A stretch of 64,000 nucleotides of DNA from an uncultured Chloroflexia bacterium (GCA_963768655.1 CAVYIM010000005.1:224001-288000); one strand, 5' to 3'; counted from the first letter of the stretch, positions 11,037 to 21,273 are shown. Program-made: numbers and translations. Notes: a model not told the origin generated them from the letters alone.

Positions 11037-12179
11037 ATGACGTTCGCGGCGGGCGACAAGAAGGCCGATCTTGCCGGGCCGGGCATCGGCAACTACGAGG
11101 AACTCGAGACGATCCTGCCGAACGACTACGAATCTGCGCTCAACCGCAGGGAGACGCAGGAGGCCATCTACGTAGTCAAGGACTACATCGAGCGCAATCT
11201 CTGCAGGGAGCTGAACCTGCACATGGTCCAGGTTCCGCTCATCGTCGACGTCGAGTCGGGCATCAACGACATGCTCGACCGTGACGGCAAGCGCGGGCCG
11301 ATCCAGTTCCACATCTCCAACGACTACGACAAGCACCCGATCGAAGCCCAGGTCGTCCAGGCCGCCACCAAGTGGAAGCGTCCCGCGCTCAAGGAGTTCG
11401 GCTACGGCGTCGGCGAGGGCCTCCTGACCGACATGCGCGCCGTCCGCAAGGACTACTTCCTCGACCACGACCACAGCTGCTACGTGGACCAGTGGGACTG
11501 GGAGAGGGTCATCACGGCCGAGGACCGCAACCTCGACTTCCTGCGGATGGTCGTGCGGAGGATCTGGAAGGTCATCAAGGGCGCCGAGCAGGAGGCGTTC
11601 GACCGGTTCCCGAAGCTCCGGGCCGACAAGTACCCCGAGCTGCCCGACGAGATCACCTTCATGCACGCCGAGGAACTGCTCGAGCGCTACCCGAACTTGC
11701 CACGCAAGCAGCGCGAGACGGCCATCCTACAGGAGATCCCGGCCATCTTCATCATCGGGATCGGCTGGACCCTCGCCGATGGCTACCCGCACGAGATGCG
11801 GGCCGCCGACTACGACGACTGGGTCACGCCCACCGTCTCCGAGAAGGGCCGCCCGATGCACGGCCTGAACGGCGACATCCTGGTCTGGAACAGCGTCACG
11901 CGCCGGCGCCACGAGCTGACGTCGATGGGCATCCGCGTGAACGCCGAGACCCTGCGCCAGCAGCTCGAGATCACCGGCCAGCTCGACTGGCTCAACCTCC
12001 CCTACCACAAGGGCATCGTCAGCGGCGAAACGCCGCTCAGCATCGGCGGCGGGATCGGCCAGGGCCGGACCCAGATGCTCCTGCTCCACAAGGCGCACCT
12101 GGGTGAAGTCACGGTCACGGTCTGGCCCAAGATCCTCAAGGAGATCTGCGCGAAGAAGAACATCTTCGTGCTCGAATAG
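11037..12179 (+). CDS. asnA: aspartate-ammonia ligase (asparagine synthetase A)
   Basis: VVQAATKWKR, HSCYVDQWDWE, RAADYDDW, GLNGDIL, SIGGGIG motifs. Confidence 0.93.
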   Translation: MTFAAGDKKADLAGPGIGNYEELETILPNDYESALNRRETQEAIYVVKDYIERNLCRELNLHMVQVPLIVDVESGINDMLDRDGKRGPIQFHISNDYDKHPIEAQVVQAATKWKRPALKEFGYGVGEGLLTDMRAVRKDYFLDHDHSCYVDQWDWERVITAEDRNLDFLRMVVRRIWKVIKGAEQEAFDRFPKLRADKYPELPDEITFMHAEELLERYPNLPRKQRETAILQEIPAIFIIGIGWTLADGYPHEMRAADYDDWVTPTVSEKGRPMHGLNGDILVWNSVTRRRHELTSMGIRVNAETLRQQLEITGQLDWLNLPYHKGIVSGETPLSIGGGIGQGRTQMLLLHKAHLGEVTVTVWPKILKEICAKKNIFVLE

Positions 12180-12190
12180 GCGCCGGGGAC

Positions 12191-12233
12191 GAGGGCCGGC
12201 GGCGCGCCCGCAGCGTTGCCGGCCCCTCCCTTT
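12191..12233 (+). terminator. putative intrinsic terminator between convergent genes
   Basis: GAGGGCCGGC...GCCGGCCCCTC hairpin followed by a short T run. Confidence 0.4.
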
Positions 12234-12286
12234 CGGCCGCGGCTCTCCTCCCGTTCAGCCGCAGCCCTCTCGCTCCGGGGCGGCCG

Positions 12287-12685
12287 TTACTCCTCGTTGC
12301 GCCGGGTCGGCCCAGCGTCGCCGCAGGTGTCGGCGTAGCCCTCCAGTCGATCCAACCGGCGAGACAGCCGCATCTCGAGCACGCGTAGCTCCGAGTTGCC
12401 CGCGTTCGAGAGGCTGTACGCCTCATCCGCCGCCACGACGAAGCTGTCTCCTGCCGTGTAGGCGCAATCCCGGGCCCCGACGACGGCCCGAGCCAGCCCC
12501 GACACGACGTAGAAGAGGCAGTCGACGTCCGGATCGACGCGGCCCGATTCGACGTCTCCGACCCGGAGCGCGTTCATCCACGCGGCGATGACCTCGCCCG
12601 GGCGCAGCGTGGGGCCGGCCGGCCGGCCCGTGCCGCCGCCCTCGACAAGTACCGCGGCTTCCTGCGTCTCGACTCGATAGCGCAT
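12287..12685 (-). CDS. cupin-domain protein
   Basis: FYVVSG...AGDSFVV...YSLSN cupin pattern; GAGGAGG RBS. Confidence 0.7.
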   Translation of the reverse strand: MRYRVETQEAAVLVEGGGTGRPAGPTLRPGEVIAAWMNALRVGDVESGRVDPDVDCLFYVVSGLARAVVGARDCAYTAGDSFVVAADEAYSLSNAGNSELRVLEMRLSRRLDRLEGYADTCGDAGPTRRNEE

Positions 12686-12817
12686 CGTCCTCCTCGCAGG
12701 CCGGGGAGCGGACCGCGCGTCGACGCCTCCCGCTAGTGCGCAGATTGTCCCACCGTGGTCTAGCGACGACCCAGAGGTCGGCCGACCTGGCCTTCGGCGC
12801 CGGCTACGGTAGGCGCA

Positions 12818-12874
12818 GCTGATGTAACCGGCGAAGACCGCCCGCGTGTTCGCGTTTGCCTTCTCGGTCGGCGT
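12818..12874 (-). repeat. hsdR-derived fragment B
   Basis: 57 bp, 6 mismatches to hsdR 25148-25204 (TPTEKANANTRAVFAGYIS vs [19 protein letters not shown]). Confidence 0.85.
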
Positions 12875-12903
12875 ACGCGGAGCCTCTCGCGCAGTGCCAG
12901 CAA

Positions 12904-13100
12904 TCAGCTCCAGAGGGCGCTCATCGGGGCCGCGACTATGCCCTTCCCGAGGCGATAGGCGCGCGGCCCGGTGCGGAACACGATTACCGCGACGAACACC
13001 TCGCCCATCCAATCTCGCATGGTTGCCAGGTGCCTTGCGTCATCCGGCGTGGGCGCGGAGCTGGCCTAGACTTCGATCGCGACGATCAGGTCGTCAATGA
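12904..13100 (-). pseudogene. 3' remnant of an ATPase/DUF4143-type gene
   Basis: IVAIEV*ASSAPTPDDARHL...VIVFRTGPRAYRLG...PMSALW resembles the DUF4143 C-terminus; TAG replaces the EVK lysine. Confidence 0.6.
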
Positions 13101-13350
13101 GGCGGCGCCGATACTCGGTCACGAACCGAGACTGCCACTCTGCCGCAGCCTTGGGTACCACTCTGCCGCATGCATCATTACCTCTTTGCCGCATCTCGCG
13201 CTGTCCCCTGTCGGGGCCGGCAGGCCGCCGGACGAACGTCGGCCTCGACGAATTACTGAACACGGTGAGTAATTGTGCTCAGAGTCCTGGGGTCTGCGGT
13301 CGTCTTCGGCAAGTAAGCGGGGGTGAAGAGCCGATCTCCAGACTGGGTCA

Positions 13351-13611
13351 ATGCCCGAACTCAGCCGTTTCTTCGGCATCGTGATCCGACTCCACTATGC
13401 CGAGCACAACCCACCGCACTTCCACGCGACGTACCAGGGTCGCACCGTGGAGGTGGACATCCGGACCCTGGGCATCATCGACGGCGGCATCGCGACGCGC
13501 GCCCTCGGCCTCGTCATGGAATGGGCGGCCGAGCACCAGGCTGAGCTGGCCGAAGATTGGCGCCGCGCCTCGTCGGGCGAACCGATCGTCAGGATCGCGC
13601 CCCTTGCGTAG
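13351..13611 (+). CDS. DUF4160 family protein (TA-associated), copy 1
   Basis: MPELSRFFGIVI...HNPPHFHA...VMEWA signature. Confidence 0.88.
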   Translation: MPELSRFFGIVIRLHYAEHNPPHFHATYQGRTVEVDIRTLGIIDGGIATRALGLVMEWAAEHQAELAEDWRRASSGEPIVRIAPLA

Positions 13612-13623
13612 AATGGCCTGACG

Positions 13624-13926
13624 ATGCTCACCATCAGATCGGTCGAAACGCTGGACGACTACTGGCTTCGACTGACGTTGTCAGACAGGACGACGATCGA
13701 GCGAGAGGTCAGAGATCTTCTGCGAGGCCCCGTCTTCGAGCGTCTGCGGACGAGCTACGCCGAGTTCCGACGGGCCCGCGTGCGGCATGGGACTGTCGAA
13801 TGGCCCGGCGACCTGGACCTGGCCCCCGAGGCACTCATCTGGGACGGTGCGACGCCGCACGACTCGTCCCGGCGACCGCCCGCTCGACTCGTCCTCCACC
13901 ACCCAACGGGGGAGCCGGTTCGCTGA
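13624..13926 (+). CDS. DUF2442 family protein (TA-associated), copy 1
   Basis: YWLRLTLSD...GPVFERL...GTVEWPGDLDLAPEAL. Confidence 0.85.
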   Translation: MLTIRSVETLDDYWLRLTLSDRTTIEREVRDLLRGPVFERLRTSYAEFRRARVRHGTVEWPGDLDLAPEALIWDGATPHDSSRRPPARLVLHHPTGEPVR

Positions 13927-14033
13927 GGCGTACGGCCGAAGCCGATGGTCCCGGCCAGAACGATCCGTCCCAGCCGTGTGCGACACTGCTTTCCGGCCGC
14001 GGGACGTCGCGTCGCGGCCGGGCAGGAGGGCGC

Positions 14034-15800
14034 GTGGAGCCGCACGGGAAGGCCGCTGAGCACGTCGTCGCCGAGAGGCTGCGCGCCGCCCTCCCCTCCC
14101 CCGAGTTCCGCCTCTACCCCAACGCCGAATGGCTCGGGCCGATGCGCGAGGGCGGGCCGGCCCGCGACGGCGAGGCGGACCTGGTGGTCGTCCACGAGGA
14201 GCGCGGCATCCTCGTCCTGGAGGTGAAATCGGGCACCCCGTCGCGCGACGGCCAGGGCCGCTGGTGGATCGGCGGGCACCAGCTCGACCGCGACCCATTC
14301 GACCAGGCGCGCGACAGCAAGCACCAGCTCGTCCGCAAGCTCGAGGCGCTGCCCGACTGGCCCCCGCGGACGCAGCCGCGGGCCGGTCACGCGATCGCCC
14401 TGCCCGACGTCGACCTGGCCAGCCTGCCGCGCGGCCACGTCCTGCTCGGCGCCGACGCCCCGCGCGAGCTCGTCCTCGACGCCGAAGCTCTCGAGATGCC
14501 CGAGTCGATCCGCCGCTGGGTCGAGCGCGCCTACGCCTACTGGCTCGGCGACGGCACCAGGGGCGCCCCGCTCGGAGCCCTCGGCGTCCGCCTCCTCGAC
14601 GAGGTCCTCGCCCCGACCTGGTCGCTGCACCGCCTGGTCCGCGGCCGGATCGAGGACGATCGCGCCGAGCTGCTGGCCGCGAGCGCCGAGCAGGAGCTGA
14701 TCCTCAACCGAACCCGGCGGCTCCGCCGCCTGGAGGTCGTCGGACCCGCGGGCTGCGGGAAGTCGATGCTGGCCGCGGCGAAGGCCCGCCGGCTGGCGCG
14801 CGAGGGCTATCGGACGCTCTTCGTCTGCTTCAACCAGCGCCTGGCGACGAGCCTCATCCGCGAGCTCGAAGGTGCGCCCGCGCCGGCGACAGCGACGCAC
14901 GGCCCGGCACCGGCCGCGCCCGCCACGGCCCCGGCCGCGCCCGGCCCGACGGGGCTCGACGTGACGACCTTCCACCGGCTGTGCGAGCGCCTGGGGACCG
15001 AAGCCGGAGTCCTCCCGGGCCGCCCCATGCCGATCCCGCAGGCCTGGTGGGACGGGACGCTCCCGGCCGCGGCCGAGGCTGCGATCGATGCGCTCCCGCA
15101 GGAGCGCTATGCGGCCGTCATCGTCGACGAGGGCCAGGACTTCGAGGTCCGCTGGTTCGAGCTGCTGGAGCGCCTGCTCGCCGGCCCCGACGCCGTCTTC
15201 TGGGTCTTCCACGACCCCGGCCAGGCCCTTATCCGGACCGACGTCGTCGCCTCCCTCGGCCTGGAATGTCACGAGCTGTTCGAGAACCACCGCAACCCGG
15301 GCTCGATCGCGCAGCTGGCCGCCCGCTTCTACCACTGCGGCGGGGAGACGATCACGCGCCCTACGGCCGAACGCCGGTACACGGTCATCAGCGCCGAACC
15401 CGGGGCCGCCACCCTGGACGCGCTGCGCAGGACCCTCCACCGCCTCGTCGAGGAGGAGCATGTCGCGCCGTTCCGGATCGCCGTGCTATCCGGCGCCTCG
15501 GCCACCGCCAGCGAGGTCTGGCGTCACCGCTGCTTCGGCAACGCTCCCCTGGAGAACGCCGCCCTCTACGACGACGGCAGCTCGCGCGGTCTCGCGCCCG
15601 AGGACGTCCCCGACGAACCCGACGAAGTCCTGTTCGAGACGATCCGCCGCTTCAAGGGCTTGGAGCGCGAGGTCGTCGTCCTCGTCGAGCTCCCAACCGA
15701 CGGCGACCGCCTCGACGAGCTCCTCTACGTCGGCCTGACGCGGGCGACCACTGAGCTGGTGGCCATCGCACCTCCGGACCTGGCGCGGCGGTTGGGGTGA
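14034..15800 (+). CDS. NERD nuclease fused to SF1 (UvrD-like) helicase
   Basis: EADLVV...VLEVK nuclease motif; GPAGCGKS, VDEGQD, ENHRN, FKGLE, YVGLTRA helicase motifs. Confidence 0.88.
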   Translation: MEPHGKAAEHVVAERLRAALPSPEFRLYPNAEWLGPMREGGPARDGEADLVVVHEERGILVLEVKSGTPSRDGQGRWWIGGHQLDRDPFDQARDSKHQLVRKLEALPDWPPRTQPRAGHAIALPDVDLASLPRGHVLLGADAPRELVLDAEALEMPESIRRWVERAYAYWLGDGTRGAPLGALGVRLLDEVLAPTWSLHRLVRGRIEDDRAELLAASAEQELILNRTRRLRRLEVVGPAGCGKSMLAAAKARRLAREGYRTLFVCFNQRLATSLIRELEGAPAPATATHGPAPAAPATAPAAPGPTGLDVTTFHRLCERLGTEAGVLPGRPMPIPQAWWDGTLPAAAEAAIDALPQERYAAVIVDEGQDFEVRWFELLERLLAGPDAVFWVFHDPGQALIRTDVVASLGLECHELFENHRNPGSIAQLAARFYHCGGETITRPTAERRYTVISAEPGAATLDALRRTLHRLVEEEHVAPFRIAVLSGASATASEVWRHRCFGNAPLENAALYDDGSSRGLAPEDVPDEPDEVLFETIRRFKGLEREVVVLVELPTDGDRLDELLYVGLTRATTELVAIAPPDLARRLG

Positions 15801-16388
15801 TGCGCTGTCAGTTGCGGAGCGCTCTCGGGGAGAACTTCCGATCCCCTGATCCAAAGTCCCCGGCGGACGGTTCTGTAAACCCCCGCAGACCCGTTCATGC
15901 AGCGCGATGCGCCTAACGCGTGTGGCATCAGTCTTGGTAGCGCAGCAGCTTGAACTCCGCCGAACCGCACGTTGACGTCGGATCCACGAATAGGCGGCCG
16001 CCTGATCCTAAACCCTTCCACCTCATGCTTAGCCGACCGTGGCTCCCGACTTGCACATCCGGAAGATCCATCAGGATGCTCTTGGTGAGCACGGGCATGA
16101 CGCCGAGAGAGTACGTGGGGCTGGCCTTGGGGTCGAAGTCAGGCACCACGTCGAAAACCTCGATGGAGCAGTGGCTAAACGGCGACGAGCTTATCTTCCA
16201 ATCGAGTCGGTACGTGCCACTACTGGGATCGTCTGAGAAGACGGGCGAGAGGTCGCCCTGCATGTTGGTCAGATCCAGGCTGGACCAAGTGAAGTCCATC
16301 ACCGTTGACCAGTTGGGTAGCACCGTGTCCTGGTAGGCGTACCACTTGTCCAGCACGTCCTCCGAAAGGCTAGAGGTGAAGGTTGACG

Positions 16389-17877
16389 GAGGATGTCCCG
16401 CTCGTCGTGGAATTTCAGTGAGGGTCGGGTCTCCAGGTTGCTGATCATATCGGTTGGTTGGTAGCGCTCGCCTCGCTTTCGATGTGGAGCTCGCGCTTCA
16501 GCGCAGCGGCAAGAATGGGCAGCTCCCGATAGCCACAGACTCGGCGGAACTGAGCCTCTGCGGCGAGCATCCCAGCGGCGGCCCAGCGCAGCGCCATCTC
16601 GCCCGACTCCCAGTTCTTCACCCGGCGGGCGTGCGTCTTGACGATCTCGATCATCGATTCCATCGGGTTGGTCGACTCGAGCGTCCTCCAGAGCGAGCCG
16701 CTGATGCCCAGACGCGTCAGGGTGAGCGTGTCGTCGAGCCCCTCGCGCAGCGACGCGGCGGCTCCCGGACGGCTGTGGGCCAGACTGCGGGCCAGGGAGT
16801 GGAGGGCCGCCTTCGCCCTGTCCGGATCTCGCTCGGCCCAGGCGGCCCGAAGCCGGCGCTGGGCGAGCGGTCGTTCGATCTCGGGCAGGTGCTCTAGAAC
16901 GTTGCGCTCTTTGTGGCGATGGCAGCGATGGATCGCCACGCCTTTGCCCAAGAAGGTGGGGATGGCCGAACCGATGGCGGAGCCGCCGTCGACGACGAAG
17001 AGGACGCCTGCGCTTGTGTCCAGACCGCGATCGCGCAAGTCCGCCAGGAGCGCGTTGACCACCGCGCTGTTCTCGGTCGTGCCCTCGACCACGCCGAGGG
17101 GCACCTTGTGGCCGGCGGCGTCGATCCCGAGCGCGCCTACGAGCAGGTGATCGCCCAGGCGAAAGCCATCGAGCATGAGCACGAGGTAGCGGCGGTCGTC
17201 GAGTCTGCGCCCGAGCAGCTCAGCCAGGCGCTCTGCCGTGGCGGCGAGGAAGCGGCGGCTGACGGCGGCGTGGCTGGTCGAGACGGCGGCCTCCTCGATG
17301 GCCTCGCCAACAGGCTCGAGGCCAACCGGATAGTCGCGAGTCGAGAGCCCCGCGAGCATCCGGGCGACGATCCCGTCGGCGAGCAGATCGCTGGCTCTCG
17401 CGGCCTCGTAGGTCGCGAGCGGCAGCTCGGCTGCTCCATCGGCACTTCGCACACGTGGCCGCTCGACGCGGAGTCGGCGGCCGCCCAGGGTCACGGTTCC
17501 GGCTTCACTGCCATGGCGATAGGCAACTCGATCCGCTCGGTGGCGGCCGCGTGGGCCGGCCAGGCCGTCAACCTCAGCCGCCATCAGCTCGTCGAGGACC
17601 TCGAGGCCGACCGCGGTCGAAGCGGCCAGCAGGCCCTCGCGCAGATGGCTCGCGAACGTGGCGAGATGGCCCTCGAGCCGCCCTGTCAGCTCAGCAGGAA
17701 GCTGGTGAACGAGACGGCGAGGTCGGCGGCATCGCTTCTCAGGGCGGGGCCGGACGTGGGACGATGGCATGGGTTCCTCCAGTTCGACTTTCCGGGTCTC
17801 CCGTAGCGTGACAGCTCACGCTCCGGGCTGGAGGACCCTCCCCTCAACTCAAATTCCACGGAACTCGGGACAACCTC
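16389..17877 (-). mobile_element. IS256-family insertion sequence (1489 bp)
   Basis: Imperfect TIRs GAGGATGTCCCG...GTGGAATTT / GAGGTTGTCCCG...GTGGAATTT; 8-bp TSD GGTTGACG at 16381-16388 and 17878-17885. Confidence 0.93.
16445..17770 (-). CDS. IS256-family (Mutator-type) transposase
   Basis: GLSTR, LMLDG, VVDG, RCHRHK, STNPMES DDE motifs. Confidence 0.93.
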   Translation of the reverse strand: MPSSHVRPRPEKRCRRPRRLVHQLPAELTGRLEGHLATFASHLREGLLAASTAVGLEVLDELMAAEVDGLAGPRGRHRADRVAYRHGSEAGTVTLGGRRLRVERPRVRSADGAAELPLATYEAARASDLLADGIVARMLAGLSTRDYPVGLEPVGEAIEEAAVSTSHAAVSRRFLAATAERLAELLGRRLDDRRYLVLMLDGFRLGDHLLVGALGIDAAGHKVPLGVVEGTTENSAVVNALLADLRDRGLDTSAGVLFVVDGGSAIGSAIPTFLGKGVAIHRCHRHKERNVLEHLPEIERPLAQRRLRAAWAERDPDRAKAALHSLARSLAHSRPGAAASLREGLDDTLTLTRLGISGSLWRTLESTNPMESMIEIVKTHARRVKNWESGEMALRWAAAGMLAAEAQFRRVCGYRELPILAAALKRELHIESEASATNQPI

Positions 17878-18679
17878 GGTTGACGAGTCGGGACCGGCGA
17901 TATCCCAGGCGCCCATGTCGAGTGGTTGGCCGGGCTTGATATCGGTGCCTATAGGTGCCAGTTCCCACGAGAACTGCATGTCGCAGTCCGGTCGCGTTTC
18001 CACCTCCCAGCTCACCCACCCCTTCTTGGGGCCACTGTTGCTAGCCCAAGTGTCCGGGGACGGAAGCGCTGGCTTCACAGCGTCGGGGTGCAGTTCGTCT
18101 AGGTGCTTCGTGGATGGGGCGTCGTAAATGACCGGGCACAGATCGCGTGGTTCGGTGGGCCCACCGACTCCGGCGAACTTATCGAAGACATATGCAGAAC
18201 TGCCCACCCACTTCGGCGACCCTTCATGGACCAGCGGGCCGCAGCTGTATCCATCTACCTGGATCAGCGCCGCCAGGAGTACGTCGGACGTCGAGGTCGA
18301 CGACGGCTTAGACAGCGTGTCGAGAACTTGGTAGGTCCAGCCGCACGTGGGACGCGGCGTCGCCGCTGGACCGCCGGCTGAGCAAGCCGCCGCCGCACCG
18401 ACAAGGGACATCGAAAGCAGGACCTGCACAACGACCTGCGGCCGAGTCATGCAATCCCTCCATCGAGCTGCTCGCCAGTCAGAGCCTACTAGCCAACCCT
18501 TGAGAGAGCAGGTGCCATCGGCACTGTCGTGAGCTCACCGCGATCCAGGCGTGGCGCAAGTGGATTAGAGCCGACACACCGTCACGATCTCTGCTGATCC
18601 CGGTCACGAACCTTCCGACCTACGTCCACCGCGTTTCGGGGATCGCGAAGATGAGTAGTTATCGGCCTTCCTCGGGTGA

Positions 18680-19021
18680 CTAGCCTGAAGCCTCCGTCGT
18701 CCTCACCTTCTCGTCCCAGAAGTGGCGATAGTCCTCGCGGACCACCGAAATTGCGGCTCGCTTCTTCGCGACGACCTCATCCGGGGTCATCCCCTCAGAC
18801 CAGAAGGTCGTCCGGTTGCACGCCCCGTTGCAGAAGCGACACGCGGCGACGATGTACCTCTTGTCGTTCCTCAGCGGGTAACCCTTCGGCACGAGGTGGT
18901 CCCACGAGAGGTAGAGCCAGTTCGGCCAGACCCGGCCATCGAGGCCGCAGTAGACGCAGGTGAAGTCGTCTCGTTGCAAGACTGGATGCGCATACCCACG
19001 GAGTGCGTCTGAGAAAGCCAT
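18680..19021 (-). CDS. HNH endonuclease
   Basis: RDDFTCVYCG...DHLVP...ACRFCN. Confidence 0.85.
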   Translation of the reverse strand: MAFSDALRGYAHPVLQRDDFTCVYCGLDGRVWPNWLYLSWDHLVPKGYPLRNDKRYIVAACRFCNGACNRTTFWSEGMTPDEVVAKKRAAISVVREDYRHFWDEKVRTTEASG

Positions 19022-19093
19022 CTGTCTTCTCCTTCTCCGCTCCTCGCCCGGTAGCACGACCCAGCCATTCGCCGCAACAGGCGACCGCCCGCC

Positions 19094-20068
19094 CTACACC
19101 GAGTCCGCCTGCGTCTCGGAGAGCACCACGAGGCCCCTGATGATGGGCCGGAGGACATCGTTCCAGCGCACCATCGTATCGACTGCCCACGACCGCAGTT
19201 CGGCGTCCTCATCCGGTGGCGGCGATGGCGGGACTTCGCGATAGACGTAAACGCGGGAGGCCCGCTTCGCGTCCAGCCGTTCCCAGACAAGGGTGCTACC
19301 GAGCGCCGCTGAGAGGCTCTCGCGTTGGGCGTACAGCACGTCGAAGAAGCCCTTGTTCTGGTCTCGGTCGCCGGTGTCGATGTACAACTCGACCCTGAAG
19401 CGACCGCCGCGGACAAAGGCCCACGTGAAACTGAACCCGGACCGACCAGCGGGCATGCCCGCGTAGTTCCCGACGCCGACCCTTGACGCGGAGGTCAGGC
19501 CGGGGCGAAGCCGCTTGAACTCAGGCAGCACCGCCTCGAAGAACCTTTGGTAGGCGAGGACGCGCTCTGTCGGTGGCCCCCCGGCATTGCCTCGTGCCGT
19601 CTTCGCCCACTCGTTCGGCTGGGCGACTAACTTGAGGTGGGGTGCCGGAGGGGAGTCATCGATACGAAGGAGTTCGAGTTCAACTCCGAAGAAGTCAACG
19701 CCCTCGGTGGTGTGGGCGTTGAGCCAGTCAAGGGCTTGCCGATGCTCGTCCCGGAACCGGGGAGACAGCCAGACCACGATGGCGGCATCGAGGCCCGAGG
19801 CATACGTCAGCACTTGGCCAAGGTGGCCGTGATCCGTCGGAGCCAGCTGGTTCTCAACAATCACGACCCGGCCTTCCGGCACGGTCTTCCCAACGATGTC
19901 AACGGCGAAATCGCCAACTGACACTTCTGACGCGGTCGCCTCGATGTCGAACCCGAGCGCGTCGCCGAGCAGCCCGATGTTGGCATGAAGCCACGGAGTG
20001 AACTCATGAGCCTCGTGTTTCTAGACTTCCTTGACCTCGACCTGTTGCAGGCGGCCCAGTTTCGGCAC
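19094..20068 (-). pseudogene. DUF4268-domain protein with N-terminal PD-(D/E)xK-like nuclease; in-frame TAG at 20021-20023
   Basis: EV*KHEAHEFTPWL (Trp expected at the stop), VDIV...IVENQL, DHGHLGQVLTY, RVELYID, WERLDAKRASR. Confidence 0.8.
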
Positions 20069-20225
20069 GGGAGAATCCTCTGGCGGTTTCGGGCGGCAGC
20101 CCTCGACCATCGTAGCGGGCCGACGCTCGCAAGTGATCAGCCTCCGTGAGGTTTCCGCTGCGGCATGTCGCCCGGATACCACCTCAGCACCAGGCGGGCG
20201 AGTCCGCACATTCGCGACGCGGTGA

Positions 20226-20648
20226 TCAGACTCGAACGAGAGAAACTCGGGCTGCTTCGGGCTCACCATCGAGCAGAAGCGACAGATCGTTTGGGTCGGT
20301 GGTCAGGATCAGCGCGGGCACGGACGCCAGGGCCTCGGCGGCGACGATGGCGTCGACCACGTCCGAGGTCGAAGTCTTCGCCTGCAATTCGCCGGCCCGG
20401 CGGGCGATCTGCTCCGAGGTTGGCAGAAGGGCGTCCACGGCCTTGATGACGCGATCGATGGGAGCACGGTCGCGCCCGCCTCGATGGACTTGAGCCAGGA
20501 CCGGCGTGAGAATGACCACGACGTGGCCCTCGTGCAAGGCACGCGCCAGCGCGGCGCGTGCGCGGGGATCGCCGCGAGCCAGGGCGAGGACCCCGCCGGC
20601 GTCAAGGATCAACCGTCTCGTCCTCGCGAGAGCCTCTACCGAGGCCAC
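20226..20648 (-). CDS. PIN-domain (VapC-like) toxin
   Basis: LILDAG, DVVDAIVAA, ILTTDPND PIN motifs. Confidence 0.85.
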   Translation of the reverse strand: MASVEALARTRRLILDAGGVLALARGDPRARAALARALHEGHVVVILTPVLAQVHRGGRDRAPIDRVIKAVDALLPTSEQIARRAGELQAKTSTSDVVDAIVAAEALASVPALILTTDPNDLSLLLDGEPEAARVSLVRV

Positions 20649-20857
20649 TCCTGCCCCTCAACCCAAGCACGTGCTTCATCCGGTATCGGGCCGAATTCCT
20701 CGACCATCTCGTCCAGCAGCTTCTCCAGGCGGACTCGCTGGAGGCGCATCGCGAGCGACTCATTCAGGAACCTCGAGAAGCCGCGCTCGCCGACCAGGGC
20801 CTTCGCCTCGTCCACACTGGCCGCGTCCAGAGTCGTCGACACCTTCACTCTTGGCAT
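20636..20857 (-). CDS. RHH antitoxin (VapB-like)
   Basis: KVSTTLD...FSRFLNESL; upstream of and overlapping the PIN gene. Confidence 0.8.
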   Translation of the reverse strand: MPRVKVSTTLDAASVDEAKALVGERGFSRFLNESLAMRLQRVRLEKLLDEMVEEFGPIPDEARAWVEGQEWPR

Positions 20858-20892
20858 GCCGACTATCCTACTAGTAGTAGGATTATTGTCAA
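20858..20892 (-). promoter_or_regulatory. leaderless sigma70 promoter with palindromic operator for vapBC
   Basis: TTGACA-16-TAGGAT-7-ATG; perfect IR ATCCTACTA-G-TAGTAGGAT at 20865-20883. Confidence 0.7.
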
Positions 20893-21040
20893 CCAGTTGG
20901 GGCGCTCGATCGGACACATCGGGAGTCTGCAACAGGCGCATCCACTGCGACTTATCCGAGCGGAAGTACGCCGGGCGCCAGCAACCGCGCCAGCCTCGGC
21001 TGACGCCCGCGCGCTCCCCTACCTGGGCGAGTACCCGGTG

Positions 21041-21148
21041 GACGATGTTGCGCCGGTCCGAAAGCACGGCGTTGCGGTCACCCTGCTCGGCGGGCATGAA
21101 CTTCTGGATGGTCGTGAAGACGACGCCACCGCCGGCGACGCGGAGCTT
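21041..21148 (-). repeat. hsdR-derived fragment A
   Basis: 108 bp, 3 synonymous mismatches to hsdR 25310-25417 ([36 protein letters not shown]). Confidence 0.95.
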
Positions 21149-21226
21149 GGCGACGGCGTGCCGGTAAGCGCCACGTAAGCAGGCCCAGCGATACTCATCC
21201 GCGACGATCCTGAGCGTTAGCTGCAA

Positions 21227-21273
21227 ATGCCGTCACTCTTGCCATATGCCGTCATGTGGGTATCATCATGGAG
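21227..21273 (+). promoter_or_regulatory. leaderless promoter with direct-repeat operator
   Basis: TTGCCA-16-TATCAT-7-ATG(21274); ATGCCGTCA repeated twice around the -35. Confidence 0.55.

Larger units (their letters stand above)
15928..18450 (-). pseudogene. predicted lipoprotein gene interrupted by IS256
   Basis: Removing the IS and one TSD joins ...AGPDSST to FTSSLSEDVLDKWY... in frame, giving 341 aa; signal peptide with AAAC lipobox-like motif. Confidence 0.8.

Noticed and set aside
15905-21225. GCCTAAC (15911) and GTTAGCT (~21216) as integron attC cores
   Set aside because: No paired R''/R' boxes with a hairpin, not repeated after each gene, and no IntI-type integrase.
20636-21226. 196-aa ORF joining an HsdR piece to the antitoxin
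   Set aside because: Chance read-through; the antitoxin has its own leaderless promoter at 20858-20892.
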